Shown in pieces: positions 45,223 through 55,073 of a DNA stretch of 55,225 nucleotides (position 1 is the stretch's first letter; each line of letters opens with the position of its first letter). Source of the stretch: a virus. Lineage: Duplodnaviria; Caudoviricetes. The stretch covers positions 1-55,225 of the IMG/VR virus record IMGVR_UViG_3300044675_002532. One strand, given 5' to 3'. Made by a program: the position numbers and the translations under genes. The notes beneath the pieces were generated by a model. It was given only the letters and a program-made list of their open reading frames with translations, was not told the DNA's origin and ran no database searches.

Positions 45223-46143
45223 TCACCAAGTAATTGATCCAGAGCCGTTAAAGGTGTACATCCTGTAAACGCCATCGGTTGAGTAAGTCGGGGAGCCGGT
45301 TGTAGACGCTGCGGGTTCATAAGCAATTGGATAGCGAATAATCACCCGACCTGATCCGCCGTTACCGCCTACGTTTCCTGTGCTTGCTGTGTCGCCATAG
45401 GTACATTGCTTCGCGCCACCGCCACCACCACCACTTCCGCTATTAGTACTAGCAGACGATCCAGCAGCCTCGCCGATTGCGCCAGCGCCACCACCGTCTG
45501 AACCATAGCCGGGGCTTACGCCTTCATTAGCGATGGCACCACCGCCACCGCCGCCAGCATAGTATCCACTAGCAAATGAAGCGCCAGAACCGCCGTTGAC
45601 TCCTGATCCAACAGACCCTTTTCCGCCACCACCGCCACCGGCTCCAGTCTGTCCGCCAGCGCCGTTATTGCCTTGTCCGCTGATACCTGTTCCGCCACCA
45701 AGATTCAAATTACCTTGGAAATTGCAGAATATATCTCGGTCAATCAAGTACTGTCCGCCACCGCCCGACGCGCCATCCTTTGTGGGTGGAGATCCAGAAG
45801 TTCCGGGGCCATCGCCAACACCACCACCATCCGAAGTGATGGTGGAAAATGTCGAACTAGACCCCTTTGTTGGCGAATATGCAGCAGCGCCGCCACCACC
45901 GACTGTCACGGTATAGGTGGTGCCTTTTGCAATAGCAAGGCCCGTTGCTGTTCTATAACCACCTGCACCGCCACCACCGGCGGCTCGGGCAAGGTGAAGG
46001 TATGCTGAAATGTGCGAGATGTATTCATATACTTGATACGAATAACCGCCAGCGCCACCACCGGCGACGACAAGGTATTCAACAGACGGTGGCGCTGTTG
46101 GGCCTCCTGTAGTAGCCGCCAACAGTTGCATTATTCCCGACAT
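45223..46143 (-). CDS. Glycine-rich domain tail protein
   Basis: VEYLVVAGGG..GGGGAGG..GGSGRVIIRY..YTFNGSGSI. Confidence 0.8.
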   Translation of the reverse strand: MSGIMQLLAATTGGPTAPPSVEYLVVAGGGAGGYSYQVYEYISHISAYLHLARAAGGGGAGGYRTATGLAIAKGTTYTVTVGGGGAAAYSPTKGSSSTFSTITSDGGGVGDGPGTSGSPPTKDGASGGGGQYLIDRDIFCNFQGNLNLGGGTGISGQGNNGAGGQTGAGGGGGGKGSVGSGVNGGSGASFASGYYAGGGGGGAIANEGVSPGYGSDGGGAGAIGEAAGSSASTNSGSGGGGGGAKQCTYGDTASTGNVGGNGGSGRVIIRYPIAYEPAASTTGSPTYSTDGVYRMYTFNGSGSITW

Positions 46144-46146
46144 AAC

Positions 46147-47643
46147 TTAGCTCACGTTTCCGTTGACCACGCACACTGTGCCGCTGATGAACAAGATCGT
46201 CGCAACGCCGCGAGTGGCGAGCGTGATCGTGTTTTTATCTGCGTCGGTGCCGCCAATGTAGGCCGTCGTAATGCTCATCGTTAGAGTGACGTTGCCACTG
46301 GTGTTGTTGAAGATGGAGACGACATCACCCGTAGCGAACGTGCTGTTTGGCACCGTGACACTGCCGCCGCTGCCGACTTCAACAAACTGACCAACGTCGG
46401 TCGTCGCCAGCGTGTATGAAGTGGTCTTGGCAGATCCCGTGCGCGGAATGGCTCGTAAATTTCCCGCCGCATCTTCCACGCCACCAGCAAAGTAGTTCCG
46501 CGCCGTCCCCGCTGCATAGAAGTTCCAGCGGTTAGAGCCAGAGGCGATGTTGCTGTAGAAGCCGAAGTTGTTGGTGGCTCCGGTGAGGCTGCTGTCTGCG
46601 CTGAAACCATATTGATTGGTTATTGTAGAACTAGCGCCCTTGGTTCCTTGAACGGCAAAAAAATGATAAAGGTCAGTAAGCGTAAATGACGCGTTTTCCG
46701 TTGACGGAAGTGAATAAAAGTTGATGGCGTTTGTGGTCGTTCCGCTCGGAATAGTTGCATCTACAAAGAAACTTCGGCTGCGATTGATGCTTGTTGGCAG
46801 CGTTCCCGTAACATTAACTCTTGCTTGTGCGTTAGCCGTCCCGCCGATCCCGACGTTGCCGGAGGAGTCAATGCGCATCCGTTCGGTGTTGCCAGCCGTA
46901 AAAATCAACGGATGCGATGTGATTGTGCCGACGACGCCTGCCGTGTTGCCGGATACTTGCAAAATGTTGACGATGTTATCGTTAGCAGCAGCGATCGTTG
47001 TGTTTGTCGTACCGGAGCGATAAACGTCAAGTTGATAGTTTGGCGCTCGCCCAATACCGACGTTGCCCGACGTATCTATCCTGACCCTCTCGCTGCCTCC
47101 GGTGTAGAAGGTCATCGGGAGGTAGGTGCCGGTGCCGCGAATACCAGAAGTGATACGGCTGTCTGATCCGTTAATAACCAACAACTGCGTGTTGGAACTG
47201 CTGTTCAAATCGGAACTTGACTCAAGGACTACACCAGAAACGGTGCCGGTTCCGTTTGGCAGCACCATTACATTGGTATTGCCATTGCTTGTGCTGGACT
47301 GAAATGCAAGTCGGCTTGCAGGAGTCGCATTGCTAAAGTCGCCCGTGATGCGCTGGGCGGTGCTGGAGAAGTTAAGGTTGCCGGTGGTAACCGTTGCACT
47401 AGCAGCAGACAGGTTTGTGATGTTGGCGCTTGCCGCTTTAATAAGCGTAGCCGACACATCTGCGCAAGTCAGGCTGGAGGGGTTCGTACCCAGCTCCACG
47501 ACAGCACTGCTGCTGTTCATCGTGAACATGCGCTTGTCAGCGGTATTGACCGCGACTTCTGCGCCACCTGCCAGATTGGTCAGGTTAGCCGTGCTCGGGA
47601 CCGCACTCGCGGTGTCGCTTTTCTTTAATAGAATCGTGGGCAT
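46147..47643 (-). CDS. Tail fibre protein
   Basis: ERxRIDxSGNVGIG repeats, GAEVAVNTADK N-terminus. Confidence 0.8.
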   Translation of the reverse strand: MPTILLKKSDTASAVPSTANLTNLAGGAEVAVNTADKRMFTMNSSSAVVELGTNPSSLTCADVSATLIKAASANITNLSAASATVTTGNLNFSSTAQRITGDFSNATPASRLAFQSSTSNGNTNVMVLPNGTGTVSGVVLESSSDLNSSSNTQLLVINGSDSRITSGIRGTGTYLPMTFYTGGSERVRIDTSGNVGIGRAPNYQLDVYRSGTTNTTIAAANDNIVNILQVSGNTAGVVGTITSHPLIFTAGNTERMRIDSSGNVGIGGTANAQARVNVTGTLPTSINRSRSFFVDATIPSGTTTNAINFYSLPSTENASFTLTDLYHFFAVQGTKGASSTITNQYGFSADSSLTGATNNFGFYSNIASGSNRWNFYAAGTARNYFAGGVEDAAGNLRAIPRTGSAKTTSYTLATTDVGQFVEVGSGGSVTVPNSTFATGDVVSIFNNTSGNVTLTMSITTAYIGGTDADKNTITLATRGVATILFISGTVCVVNGNVS

Positions 47644-50099
47644 TAGTAGGTGCCTCCGCTAATAGTACCGGTAGCGTTCGTCAAATCGACCAATACGCCA
47701 CTTCCAATTGATCCGCCAGTAATTGAAACGCTGCTTGCATCTTGGACGGCCATTGTACCCAAACCGAGAGCAGTTCTAGCACCCGACTGGGTGGAAGCCC
47801 CCGTACCGCCGTTGGTGATGGCGAGCGTTCCTGCCATCGTAATCGTGCCGGAGCTAGTAACCGGACCGCCGCTAAAGGTCAGCCCAGTAATCCCGCCCGA
47901 GACATCAATGCTCGTAACCGTTCCGCCAGTACCCGTCGCAGCAATCGTAATGCTGCCGGTTGCGTTTGTGACCGTAACACCAGACCCCGCCGTCAAAGAC
48001 GCTAGGGTGTAGTTTGAGCCGTTACCGATCAACAACTGACCGTTGGTCGGAGCCGAAGACTGGCCCGTACCGCCATTCAGAACGCCAACCGGAGTATCCA
48101 GCGAGAACGTCGTCGCCGTCAGGCTTAACCCGTTGCCAGCGGTGTACACCTGCGAGTTGCTGAAGAGCGAGAACGTGATAGCCGTCGAGCCGAAGCTGAT
48201 GGTTCCGCTATTGGTGTTAACCCAAGCAGCGCCCTTGTTATTTGTGCCGCCAGTCGTGAAGAAGTAGCTACCCGCATCCAAACCGACTGTTGACTGCTCA
48301 ATGTAGGTGTCCGCATCCGAAGAGCGGGTCATTACGTACTGAGCAACGGTGCTGCCCGGATTTGTAACAACATACACGCCGTTACCAATCGGATTAGAGC
48401 AGTCTTGAATCAGCACTCGGATCGTCGAGGTTGCAACAGTACCGTCAATGACCAGCGTACCGGCAGCGACAGAAGTCAGCGTGGCGCTAACACCAGCCGT
48501 TCCGTTGTTGTACGTGTCGGTACGAGAAGATCCGGGCGAAGTCGATAGCACCACAGCTTCGTGGTAGTGAAGGCCCGTGCTGGCAAGATCATCCACATAC
48601 TGTTTGTTCGCAGCATCAGTGCCGGTATTCGGCGTGTTGACGTTGCTGATAACGCCAGAGGCATTTATCGTAATGACAGAGTTTTTGAGTAACTTGCCAG
48701 TACCACCATCAAACAGCGAGATTGCGCCGCTCGTTGCACCGGCAGGGCCAACCACATCTGCCGTAGAAGTGTTTGCAATGCTGAAGCTTGGATACGTTCC
48801 GGTTACGGAAATGTTAGTTCCGCTTGTCAGGGTAACCGTCTGATCCGGAGCGGTGTTGGTGACCGTGAAGCTTGGATACGTACCCGTGACCGAGATGGCG
48901 GTGCCATTAGTCAACGTAACCGTTTGATCCGGAGCGGTGTTGGCAATGCTGATTGAGCCAGTTGCGTTCGTGACGCTAATAGCCGTTCCAGCGGTAAGCG
49001 AAGCAAGCGTATACCCGCTGCCGTTGCCAATCAGTAACTGGCCATTCGTCGGAGTACCCGCAAGACCAGTACCACCTGCGCTAATGGCAAGCGTACCACC
49101 CAGCGTCAACGTACCAGCAGAGGTAATCGGACCACCGCTGACCGTCAGTCCAGTCGTACCACCAGATCCCTGAACGCTTGTGACCGTACCAGCACCCGCA
49201 ATCGCACCCCATTCAAAGGAGGAGCCGTTCCACTTCAAGAACGTATCGGCTGAAACTGGAGCAATAACAAAGCTCGTGGCATTTGTGCCGGACTGATAAA
49301 CGACTTGATTGGCTGAACCACCAAGCAATCGGCTCGCTGCATCAACCGTTAACGACGCGGCATTACTCCAAACCGGAGCAGAAGTGCCTGCTGCTAAAAG
49401 AATTTGGCCTGTTGAACCGACCGTCGTTAGATCAAAGTTGGTTCCGTTGCTGATAACAATAGCGCCAGCGACCGGCGACATATTTGCGCCTGTGCCGCCA
49501 CGACCCATCGGCAGAACGCCAGTCGTCTCAGTCGCATCCGACAAGTCCACCGCCGGGTGAACGTGATCATCACGCGCTGCATTAACGCCGGTACCAGCCG
49601 TTGCCGAGCCTAAGGGCTGAGGGGTGGCGCTTGAAAAGCTGATGGCCAGTGTGCGATCTGCACTGAGGTTTCCCCCTCCGGACAAACCAGTACCCGCAAC
49701 AACTTGGCGCGAATCCGGAACGTAGCCGCTAATGACCAGCGGGGCCGTGCTTAAAGAAGTGACACGACCTTTCGTGTTGACTGTGACGACAGGAACATTA
49801 GACCCATCGCCATACGTCCCGGCGCTTACACCTGTTGTATCAAGCTGCTGATCACCGATGCCACCATTGGCTACGGCAATCGTAATGTCCGCTGAAAGCG
49901 AACCACCCCCCGTCAGCCCCGTGCCCGCATTGATAATTCGCGAAGCCGGAACTTCGATGTTTCCTTGAATCTGACTGAACTGAACCTTGTAGGTCGTGCC
50001 AGAAATAACAATTGGAAAATAACCAGCCGGGTCCGCAACCGGAGCCTCGGGAAGCTGGCTGATCCGTGTGGGGATCAAATTTGTGGGGACGTTTGACAT
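47643..50099 (-). CDS. Long tail fibre protein
   Basis: 818 aa Gly/Thr/Ser-rich with GGTG, NGQLLIGNG and NTAPDQTV repeats. Confidence 0.8.
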   Translation of the reverse strand: MSNVPTNLIPTRISQLPEAPVADPAGYFPIVISGTTYKVQFSQIQGNIEVPASRIINAGTGLTGGGSLSADITIAVANGGIGDQQLDTTGVSAGTYGDGSNVPVVTVNTKGRVTSLSTAPLVISGYVPDSRQVVAGTGLSGGGNLSADRTLAISFSSATPQPLGSATAGTGVNAARDDHVHPAVDLSDATETTGVLPMGRGGTGANMSPVAGAIVISNGTNFDLTTVGSTGQILLAAGTSAPVWSNAASLTVDAASRLLGGSANQVVYQSGTNATSFVIAPVSADTFLKWNGSSFEWGAIAGAGTVTSVQGSGGTTGLTVSGGPITSAGTLTLGGTLAISAGGTGLAGTPTNGQLLIGNGSGYTLASLTAGTAISVTNATGSISIANTAPDQTVTLTNGTAISVTGTYPSFTVTNTAPDQTVTLTSGTNISVTGTYPSFSIANTSTADVVGPAGATSGAISLFDGGTGKLLKNSVITINASGVISNVNTPNTGTDAANKQYVDDLASTGLHYHEAVVLSTSPGSSRTDTYNNGTAGVSATLTSVAAGTLVIDGTVATSTIRVLIQDCSNPIGNGVYVVTNPGSTVAQYVMTRSSDADTYIEQSTVGLDAGSYFFTTGGTNNKGAAWVNTNSGTISFGSTAITFSLFSNSQVYTAGNGLSLTATTFSLDTPVGVLNGGTGQSSAPTNGQLLIGNGSNYTLASLTAGSGVTVTNATGSITIAATGTGGTVTSIDVSGGITGLTFSGGPVTSSGTITMAGTLAITNGGTGASTQSGARTALGLGTMAVQDASSVSITGGSIGSGVLVDLTNATGTISGGTY

Positions 50100-50104
50100 G
50101 CTTT

Positions 50105-50407
50105 TTACGGCTCCACGTAGTCATCAAAGTTTTCAGTAGTAACAAATGTGTTACCGTCTTCGCTAATCAAACCAGCCGGGTCAGTCGCAATCGGAACATC
50201 GGGTCGGACAAACGGCAGCGTAATGCGCTCAGTCTGTCGCGCTGGCAAACGATACGGATCTAGTTCATCCAGATCCTCTCTGCACACCCGAAGCCCCGGA
50301 TAGTTACGGTCCGGCATCAACTCAACAATCGGAAATTTCCGCGAACATCTGTCGCAGATCCCGATTCCAACAAAGGCCAGTCCACGAGTATCTAGGTACA
50401 GTCCCAT
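50105..50407 (-). CDS. Small Cys-containing structural-module protein
   Basis: ICDRC...GLRVC, VRPD. Confidence 0.75.
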   Translation of the reverse strand: MGLYLDTRGLAFVGIGICDRCSRKFPIVELMPDRNYPGLRVCREDLDELDPYRLPARQTERITLPFVRPDVPIATDPAGLISEDGNTFVTTENFDDYVEP

Positions 50408-50409
50408 GA

Positions 50410-51411
50410 TTATCTCGTATACGGCGAAATAAGCGGTGCCCAGTAAATCGGACTGTTGTCCCGCTCTTCGTTCTCGGCCTGAGCCAGCGCCTTCTCAGCC
50501 TTGGCTTCTAAGATCGGCATCAAGTTGGCATCCACTTCCGGAGTCTCTTCCGCAAGCTTAGAGGCCAGCATCGCAACAATCGCATCGAACCAACGCTGCG
50601 GAACATCCAGCTCCTGCGTCATTGTGCCGACATCCTGAATGTAGCGATGACGCCACAAAACAATCTGCTGAGTTGTCGCAGCCGCATTGGGTGCTGGCCA
50701 GAGACGCATCACCGGCTGGTCTAACTGACGGTCAAACCAGAACTGCAAAGGTCGGCCAAGGAAGTACTTGTTGGGCAGCGCCGTATAGTCATCACGATTC
50801 AATCGCGCTATAGGGATTTCTGTAGGCGTGTTCCCAAAATAGACATCCGTGGCCGATAAGGTACCGCTCGTAGCACGAACGCGGAAATAGTTGTTCGTGG
50901 TTGTGGAAACAAAGTCTACCCACAGCCACTCGCCTGCGACCTGAGTCGGGGCAGACGCTGATTGATATTGCTCAAGAGGTACCGATGTCCAAGTCACGCC
51001 GTCAGCAGACTGCTCGACAACGAACGGAACCGAGGTTGCACTCCACAGAATGCCCACCGTCGTTAACGTCGTTCCACCAGCAACTACCATCGTCACCGTG
51101 GTTGAGCTAGTCGTCTCGGTGCCCGTTACCTGAGTCAGAGTGCGCAGGTTGGTATTGAGAACGTCTACCGTACCCAAGGGCAGCGTCACTGCGCTGTTGC
51201 CCTCGTAGAGCGGCATAATCAGTTTCTCAATACACCAGAGCTGAACGCCCCGGTTAGCAAGGTTAGCCAGAATCAGGTAAAGCTGGTCGTTCGCAATGTC
51301 GATCATCTCAGAGGTGATCTGCTGCGCACCCAAACGACAACGCCTGTAGGCATGGTCAATGACCTGCCTAGTCGTGAATTGAGTTGTCGAAACTGTACCG
51401 GAAGTCGCCAT
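50410..51411 (-). CDS. Putative head-tail connector protein
   Basis: MATSGT..AYRRC..LANRGVQLW..YTALPNK..GRP.QFW..LWP.P. Confidence 0.65.
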   Translation of the reverse strand: MATSGTVSTTQFTTRQVIDHAYRRCRLGAQQITSEMIDIANDQLYLILANLANRGVQLWCIEKLIMPLYEGNSAVTLPLGTVDVLNTNLRTLTQVTGTETTSSTTVTMVVAGGTTLTTVGILWSATSVPFVVEQSADGVTWTSVPLEQYQSASAPTQVAGEWLWVDFVSTTTNNYFRVRATSGTLSATDVYFGNTPTEIPIARLNRDDYTALPNKYFLGRPLQFWFDRQLDQPVMRLWPAPNAAATTQQIVLWRHRYIQDVGTMTQELDVPQRWFDAIVAMLASKLAEETPEVDANLMPILEAKAEKALAQAENEERDNSPIYWAPLISPYTR

Positions 51412-51476
51412 CAGGGTCCCTCTTGCGCCATGGTCTACTGCACCGAGCAGACCCCTCTGACTACACGGAAGTTATT

Positions 51477-52940
51477 TTAGCACTTACCGCCGCCGTACAT
51501 CGCTTTACGTCCGTATGAAGGAACGCCGCCCTTGTTGAGCTTGGTCATCGGCTTGCCGGGGTGCATCGCACGCTCGTGCTTATGGACAGCCTTCTTCACC
51601 ATGGCCTTGTCCATCTTCACATCAGAGTGTTTAACCTTGCCGCCCTTAGCGTACTTGAGCATCTCGACTTTTTTGCGGGGCTTAAGGGATTGGTATGTAG
51701 GCACCGTGCTCTCGTCTTCCATATCCAAGCTTAAGCCCGGAGCATACTTCTCAGCGTGACGCGCCTTATCCAAAGCACGACGCTCCATGGCACGCTCTTT
51801 CGCCATACGACGACCCTTAGCAGCGGTGTAGCGAGTCTTTGGACCCTTGGACTCGTAAGCCATGTACTCGTCGCTGAAAATCTCGCCACCAGCGGCCTTC
51901 TTCGCAGCGCGAGCTTCCGACAGCGCAATCGCCATCGCTTGCTTCGGGTTCTTCACAACAGGACCCTTCTTGGAACCTGAGTGCAGCTTGCCCTCTTTGT
52001 ACTCGCGCATCACTTTGGCGATCTTCTCACCCTTCACTGCGCCGCCTTTTTTGAAGACCGGAACTAACCGCTGCTCAGGAGGCAGCTCAAACGGCAATAC
52101 TTCGGGCTGACGAACCGGAGCCGGAGCACGCATACGCATCGGAGCTTCGCGACGAGCAACGCCACGCATACCCGGACGCATAACCATGTCACGACGGTCG
52201 CCCATCATGGCGCGGCGGTTGCCAACGCGGTCTACTGGTTCACGACGCGGCCTATCATAAATACTGCGATCTTCCGGCATTAACAATTTACCAACAGCAC
52301 CACGCTGTTCCTGCGGGGAATAAAACGGCTCTTCCGGCAGCGGAGTCAAAGCGCCGATGGGCTGACCAATATCTTCGCGAGGAGCAGACTCGTACCTTTG
52401 CGGCAATCCGTCATACACTTGATTTAACAGTTCTGGCGGCAGTTGCGGTCTGTCGTACTCTTCCGGGACCATGCTCATTAATTTTATAGGCGATACACGC
52501 GGAGCAAATTCCCTAAACCCAATATCACCCGGATCTTTCATGCGAGTAGGAGGCACGTAATCCGGCTGGCCAGCATCCAGTTCTGCAACCGGACCACCCT
52601 CAGCGTAGCCCTCGTACTTGCCCTTGAAGCGACGAGCCGGAGCCAGATCCTTGCCGCGACCCGGAGGACGCTTAACCGGGAGAACATCCTTTTCCTTGCC
52701 CGGAACGTAACCGCCCTTCTCGTAACCTTGGCCCTTGCCGACCTTAGGCTTGGACTCCATCTTCGGAGCGCCACGCGCAGGAGCATTCGGCTTGGCACGA
52801 GCAGGCATTCCTTTGGCGGAATCCTTAGCCTTAGCCGGGAGCTTAGTTACATGACCGCCTTTGGCATAACGCTGAACGCTGCCCGAGTGGAAACCACCCG
52901 CAGACGGGAAAGAAAAATCTTTAACGTACTTAACGCCCAT
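51477..52940 (-). CDS. Basic multi-module protein with repeated xxxGG motifs and a DUF6496-like segment
   Basis: Eight GG motifs; KIAKVMREYKEGKLHSG..KQAMAIALSEAR. Confidence 0.75.
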   Translation of the reverse strand: MGVKYVKDFSFPSAGGFHSGSVQRYAKGGHVTKLPAKAKDSAKGMPARAKPNAPARGAPKMESKPKVGKGQGYEKGGYVPGKEKDVLPVKRPPGRGKDLAPARRFKGKYEGYAEGGPVAELDAGQPDYVPPTRMKDPGDIGFREFAPRVSPIKLMSMVPEEYDRPQLPPELLNQVYDGLPQRYESAPREDIGQPIGALTPLPEEPFYSPQEQRGAVGKLLMPEDRSIYDRPRREPVDRVGNRRAMMGDRRDMVMRPGMRGVARREAPMRMRAPAPVRQPEVLPFELPPEQRLVPVFKKGGAVKGEKIAKVMREYKEGKLHSGSKKGPVVKNPKQAMAIALSEARAAKKAAGGEIFSDEYMAYESKGPKTRYTAAKGRRMAKERAMERRALDKARHAEKYAPGLSLDMEDESTVPTYQSLKPRKKVEMLKYAKGGKVKHSDVKMDKAMVKKAVHKHERAMHPGKPMTKLNKGGVPSYGRKAMYGGGKC

Positions 52941-52952
52941 GATGGTTTCCTC

Positions 52953-53279
52953 TTAACAATCCCATTTACGGAGAGACAACGCTTTGCGCGTCGGCCTGCC
53001 CTTGTCATCTTTCATTGGACCCGGCATTCCGGACATCCTCGCACAGAACGATCTGCGTCGTGCCGCTGCTTTCGGAGATTTCTTTGCTTGGCTCGCGCTA
53101 ACCGGCGGCTTCAAGTTCATCCCTTCACGCTTCGCACTGCGACGACCGGCTTCGTTCAAACCGCCTTCTGGATTCTTTCCAGCCTTGCGTTGCCAAGCGC
53201 CAGTTTTAAACGCACCACCGCCCTTAGCAAAGTTCTCAAAGTCTTCCCAGTCTTCCCAGTTACCGCGAATCTTCATCAC
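52953..53279 (-). CDS. DUF6321-like basic protein
   Basis: GKNPEGGLN..RRRSFCARMSG..LRKWDC. Confidence 0.75.
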   Translation of the reverse strand: MMKIRGNWEDWEDFENFAKGGGAFKTGAWQRKAGKNPEGGLNEAGRRSAKREGMNLKPPVSASQAKKSPKAAARRRSFCARMSGMPGPMKDDKGRPTRKALSLRKWDC

Positions 53280-53971
53280 TTAATTCTCTGCATGTTGAAG
53301 ATAACAGAGGGGACTTCCGGAGCAGTTACGGTTGCAGACGAGTAATCCAAACTAACAGCGATATTGTTTGCAGACCAAACCAACTGTATGTAACTGCTAA
53401 CAGTCATTGACTCAAAGATAGTCACTTGAGCCAGTGTTTTACCACCATCCGCTACCTTAGGCACCGAAATAATGGATGCAGAGTTTGGAATGTTTGTTCC
53501 GTTTTTAGTGAACCAGAACGTCGATGTGTGGTTAGTACTGTCAGAGTTTGCAAACTGAATGCTGGCGTTGATTGAGTAAACACCCGCAGCAGCTACCGTA
53601 ACGTTTGTGCTGGAAGCAATCGTAATTCCAGCGTTAAAGTCGGCTGCGTTGTTCATCTGCACAACGTAAGCGACGTTAGCTGATGCGGCTGTTTGATCAA
53701 TGTGAGATTCAAACTGGCCAATAGCGCGATTCGTAATGGTGTTAAACGGAATTGCTCCCGCCGTTACCGAAAGCGAGTTAAAGCTACCTACGCCGTTGCT
53801 GATCGTGACCGACCCAAGCACACCGCCCGTGATGTTAAGAGAACTCCCAACATACGTTTTGATTTGCTGAGCCGATGCCTTAACTGACGAGGAAGACTGA
53901 ACGCATTCGAACAGCTCAGTCCCGCCAAGCGCAGTCGCTGCCGTAAGATCGGTGATCTTGATGTTAGCCAT
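53276..53971 (-). CDS. Virion structural/fibre-like protein
   Basis: MANIKITDL..; C-terminal beta domain (AGVYSINASIQF, PEVPSVI). Confidence 0.65.
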   Translation of the reverse strand: MANIKITDLTAATALGGTELFECVQSSSSVKASAQQIKTYVGSSLNITGGVLGSVTISNGVGSFNSLSVTAGAIPFNTITNRAIGQFESHIDQTAASANVAYVVQMNNAADFNAGITIASSTNVTVAAAGVYSINASIQFANSDSTNHTSTFWFTKNGTNIPNSASIISVPKVADGGKTLAQVTIFESMTVSSYIQLVWSANNIAVSLDYSSATVTAPEVPSVIFNMQRIK

Positions 53972-53974
53972 TTA

Positions 53975-54604
53975 TCAGGCCGTCGATTGCTGAACGATTG
54001 TGAAGCGAACCGAGCCGTTGCCCGAATTAATCTTCAAGCGCACCGCTCGCATCAACGTGGTCGTAAATTGCGTTTCATCGCCGCTCGCTGCTGTCAGGCT
54101 CGCATTTGGGTGCGGAACCGCTAACTGCTGGATGCTCAGATCAAACGGATCTTCGTTCGTGTACTCAACCGAGTAGTTGACCGTACCGCTGGTCTTACCA
54201 GAGATGTTGGTCACTTGGTTCGGCGTGTAGATGTCGAGCGGAATCCACGACGTATACCCAGACACACCGTTGCCGATGCTGATGGTAGATGCCGCTGCTG
54301 CGCTTGACGTAATGCCGGTCACCGTCGCAAACGACAGCGAACCCGTCACCGTACCCGAAGCCGTCAGAGCCAGTGTCTCAACCTGAGACTGCCCCGCAGG
54401 ACCCGTACCGGTCACCACAAAGTTGATGGTAGAAGAGGCTGCGTTAGTTGCTGTCAAGACAGCCGGTACCGTCAACACGGCTACGCCGTTCGATACCAAC
54501 ACTCCATCCAACGTAATCGCTCCAGATACGCTCAGCGACTGGGCTGAAACGATACTGTCCGCATCTGCCGCCGGTTGTGATCTTGTAAAACTAATAGGAC
54601 GCAT
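53975..54604 (-). CDS. Virion structural protein
   Basis: 209 aa Thr/Ser-rich beta protein. Confidence 0.65.
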   Translation of the reverse strand: MRPISFTRSQPAADADSIVSAQSLSVSGAITLDGVLVSNGVAVLTVPAVLTATNAASSTINFVVTGTGPAGQSQVETLALTASGTVTGSLSFATVTGITSSAAAASTISIGNGVSGYTSWIPLDIYTPNQVTNISGKTSGTVNYSVEYTNEDPFDLSIQQLAVPHPNASLTAASGDETQFTTTLMRAVRLKINSGNGSVRFTIVQQSTA

Positions 54605-54630
54605 GGTTGCTTTCCCTCACAATCACATTG

Positions 54631-54655
54631 AGAAAAGGGGGCCGAAGCCCCCTCG
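54631..54655 (-). terminator. Rho-independent terminator
   Basis: AGGGGGC-TTCG-GCCCCCT followed by TTT; same hairpin as the capsid terminator. Confidence 0.75.
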
Positions 54656-54658
54656 TCA

Positions 54659-54892
54659 TTACGGCGTCAGGCTGCTGTACAGAGCGATGTAGAGCGTGGT
54701 GCTTCCAACGAGAACGGGAATGCGACCCGCCTGAGTGGCGACCGTGCCAGACACAGAACCGTTGGTGAGCTGAGTCGAACCAATCGTCAGCGTGCTGCAA
54801 ACAAGATTGGTGATGTTGGCCGAGTTAGAAAGGATGGTGCCAGAGAACCCATTCAGCGAGTTAACCGGCCCGGTAAAAGTTGTTGACGCCAT
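54659..54892 (-). CDS. Small virion protein (capsid fibre/decoration-like)
   Basis: MASTTFTGPVNSLNGF..., 77 aa, GAGG SD adjacent to the structured RNA. Confidence 0.75.
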   Translation of the reverse strand: MASTTFTGPVNSLNGFSGTILSNSANITNLVCSTLTIGSTQLTNGSVSGTVATQAGRIPVLVGSTTLYIALYSSLTP

Positions 54893-54904
54893 TGCAATAC
54901 CCTC

Positions 54905-54973
54905 ATGCACGAGTCGCTCATTAGTCTGTGCATCGTCCGCTAGGCCGGTCTAATGAGCTGGTTACACCTAGTC
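54905..54973 (-). ncRNA. Second allele of the double-pseudoknot RNA
   Basis: Stem GCTCATTAG (54916-54924)/CTAATGAGC (54950-54958). Confidence 0.75.
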
Positions 54974-55073
54974 CTATTTTCTAGTTTAGGCTTTTCTATA
55001 ACGCCGTCAAGCAAAAAGAAAGGGGGCCGAAGCCCCCCTTCTCCAGTCTTTTGGACTTATCCGCGTAAGCGGC

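Noticed and set aside
46147-50099. Diversity-generating retroelement or invertible tail-fibre cassette
   Set aside because: No reverse transcriptase or invertase; the repeats seen are ordinary protein-level fibre repeats.
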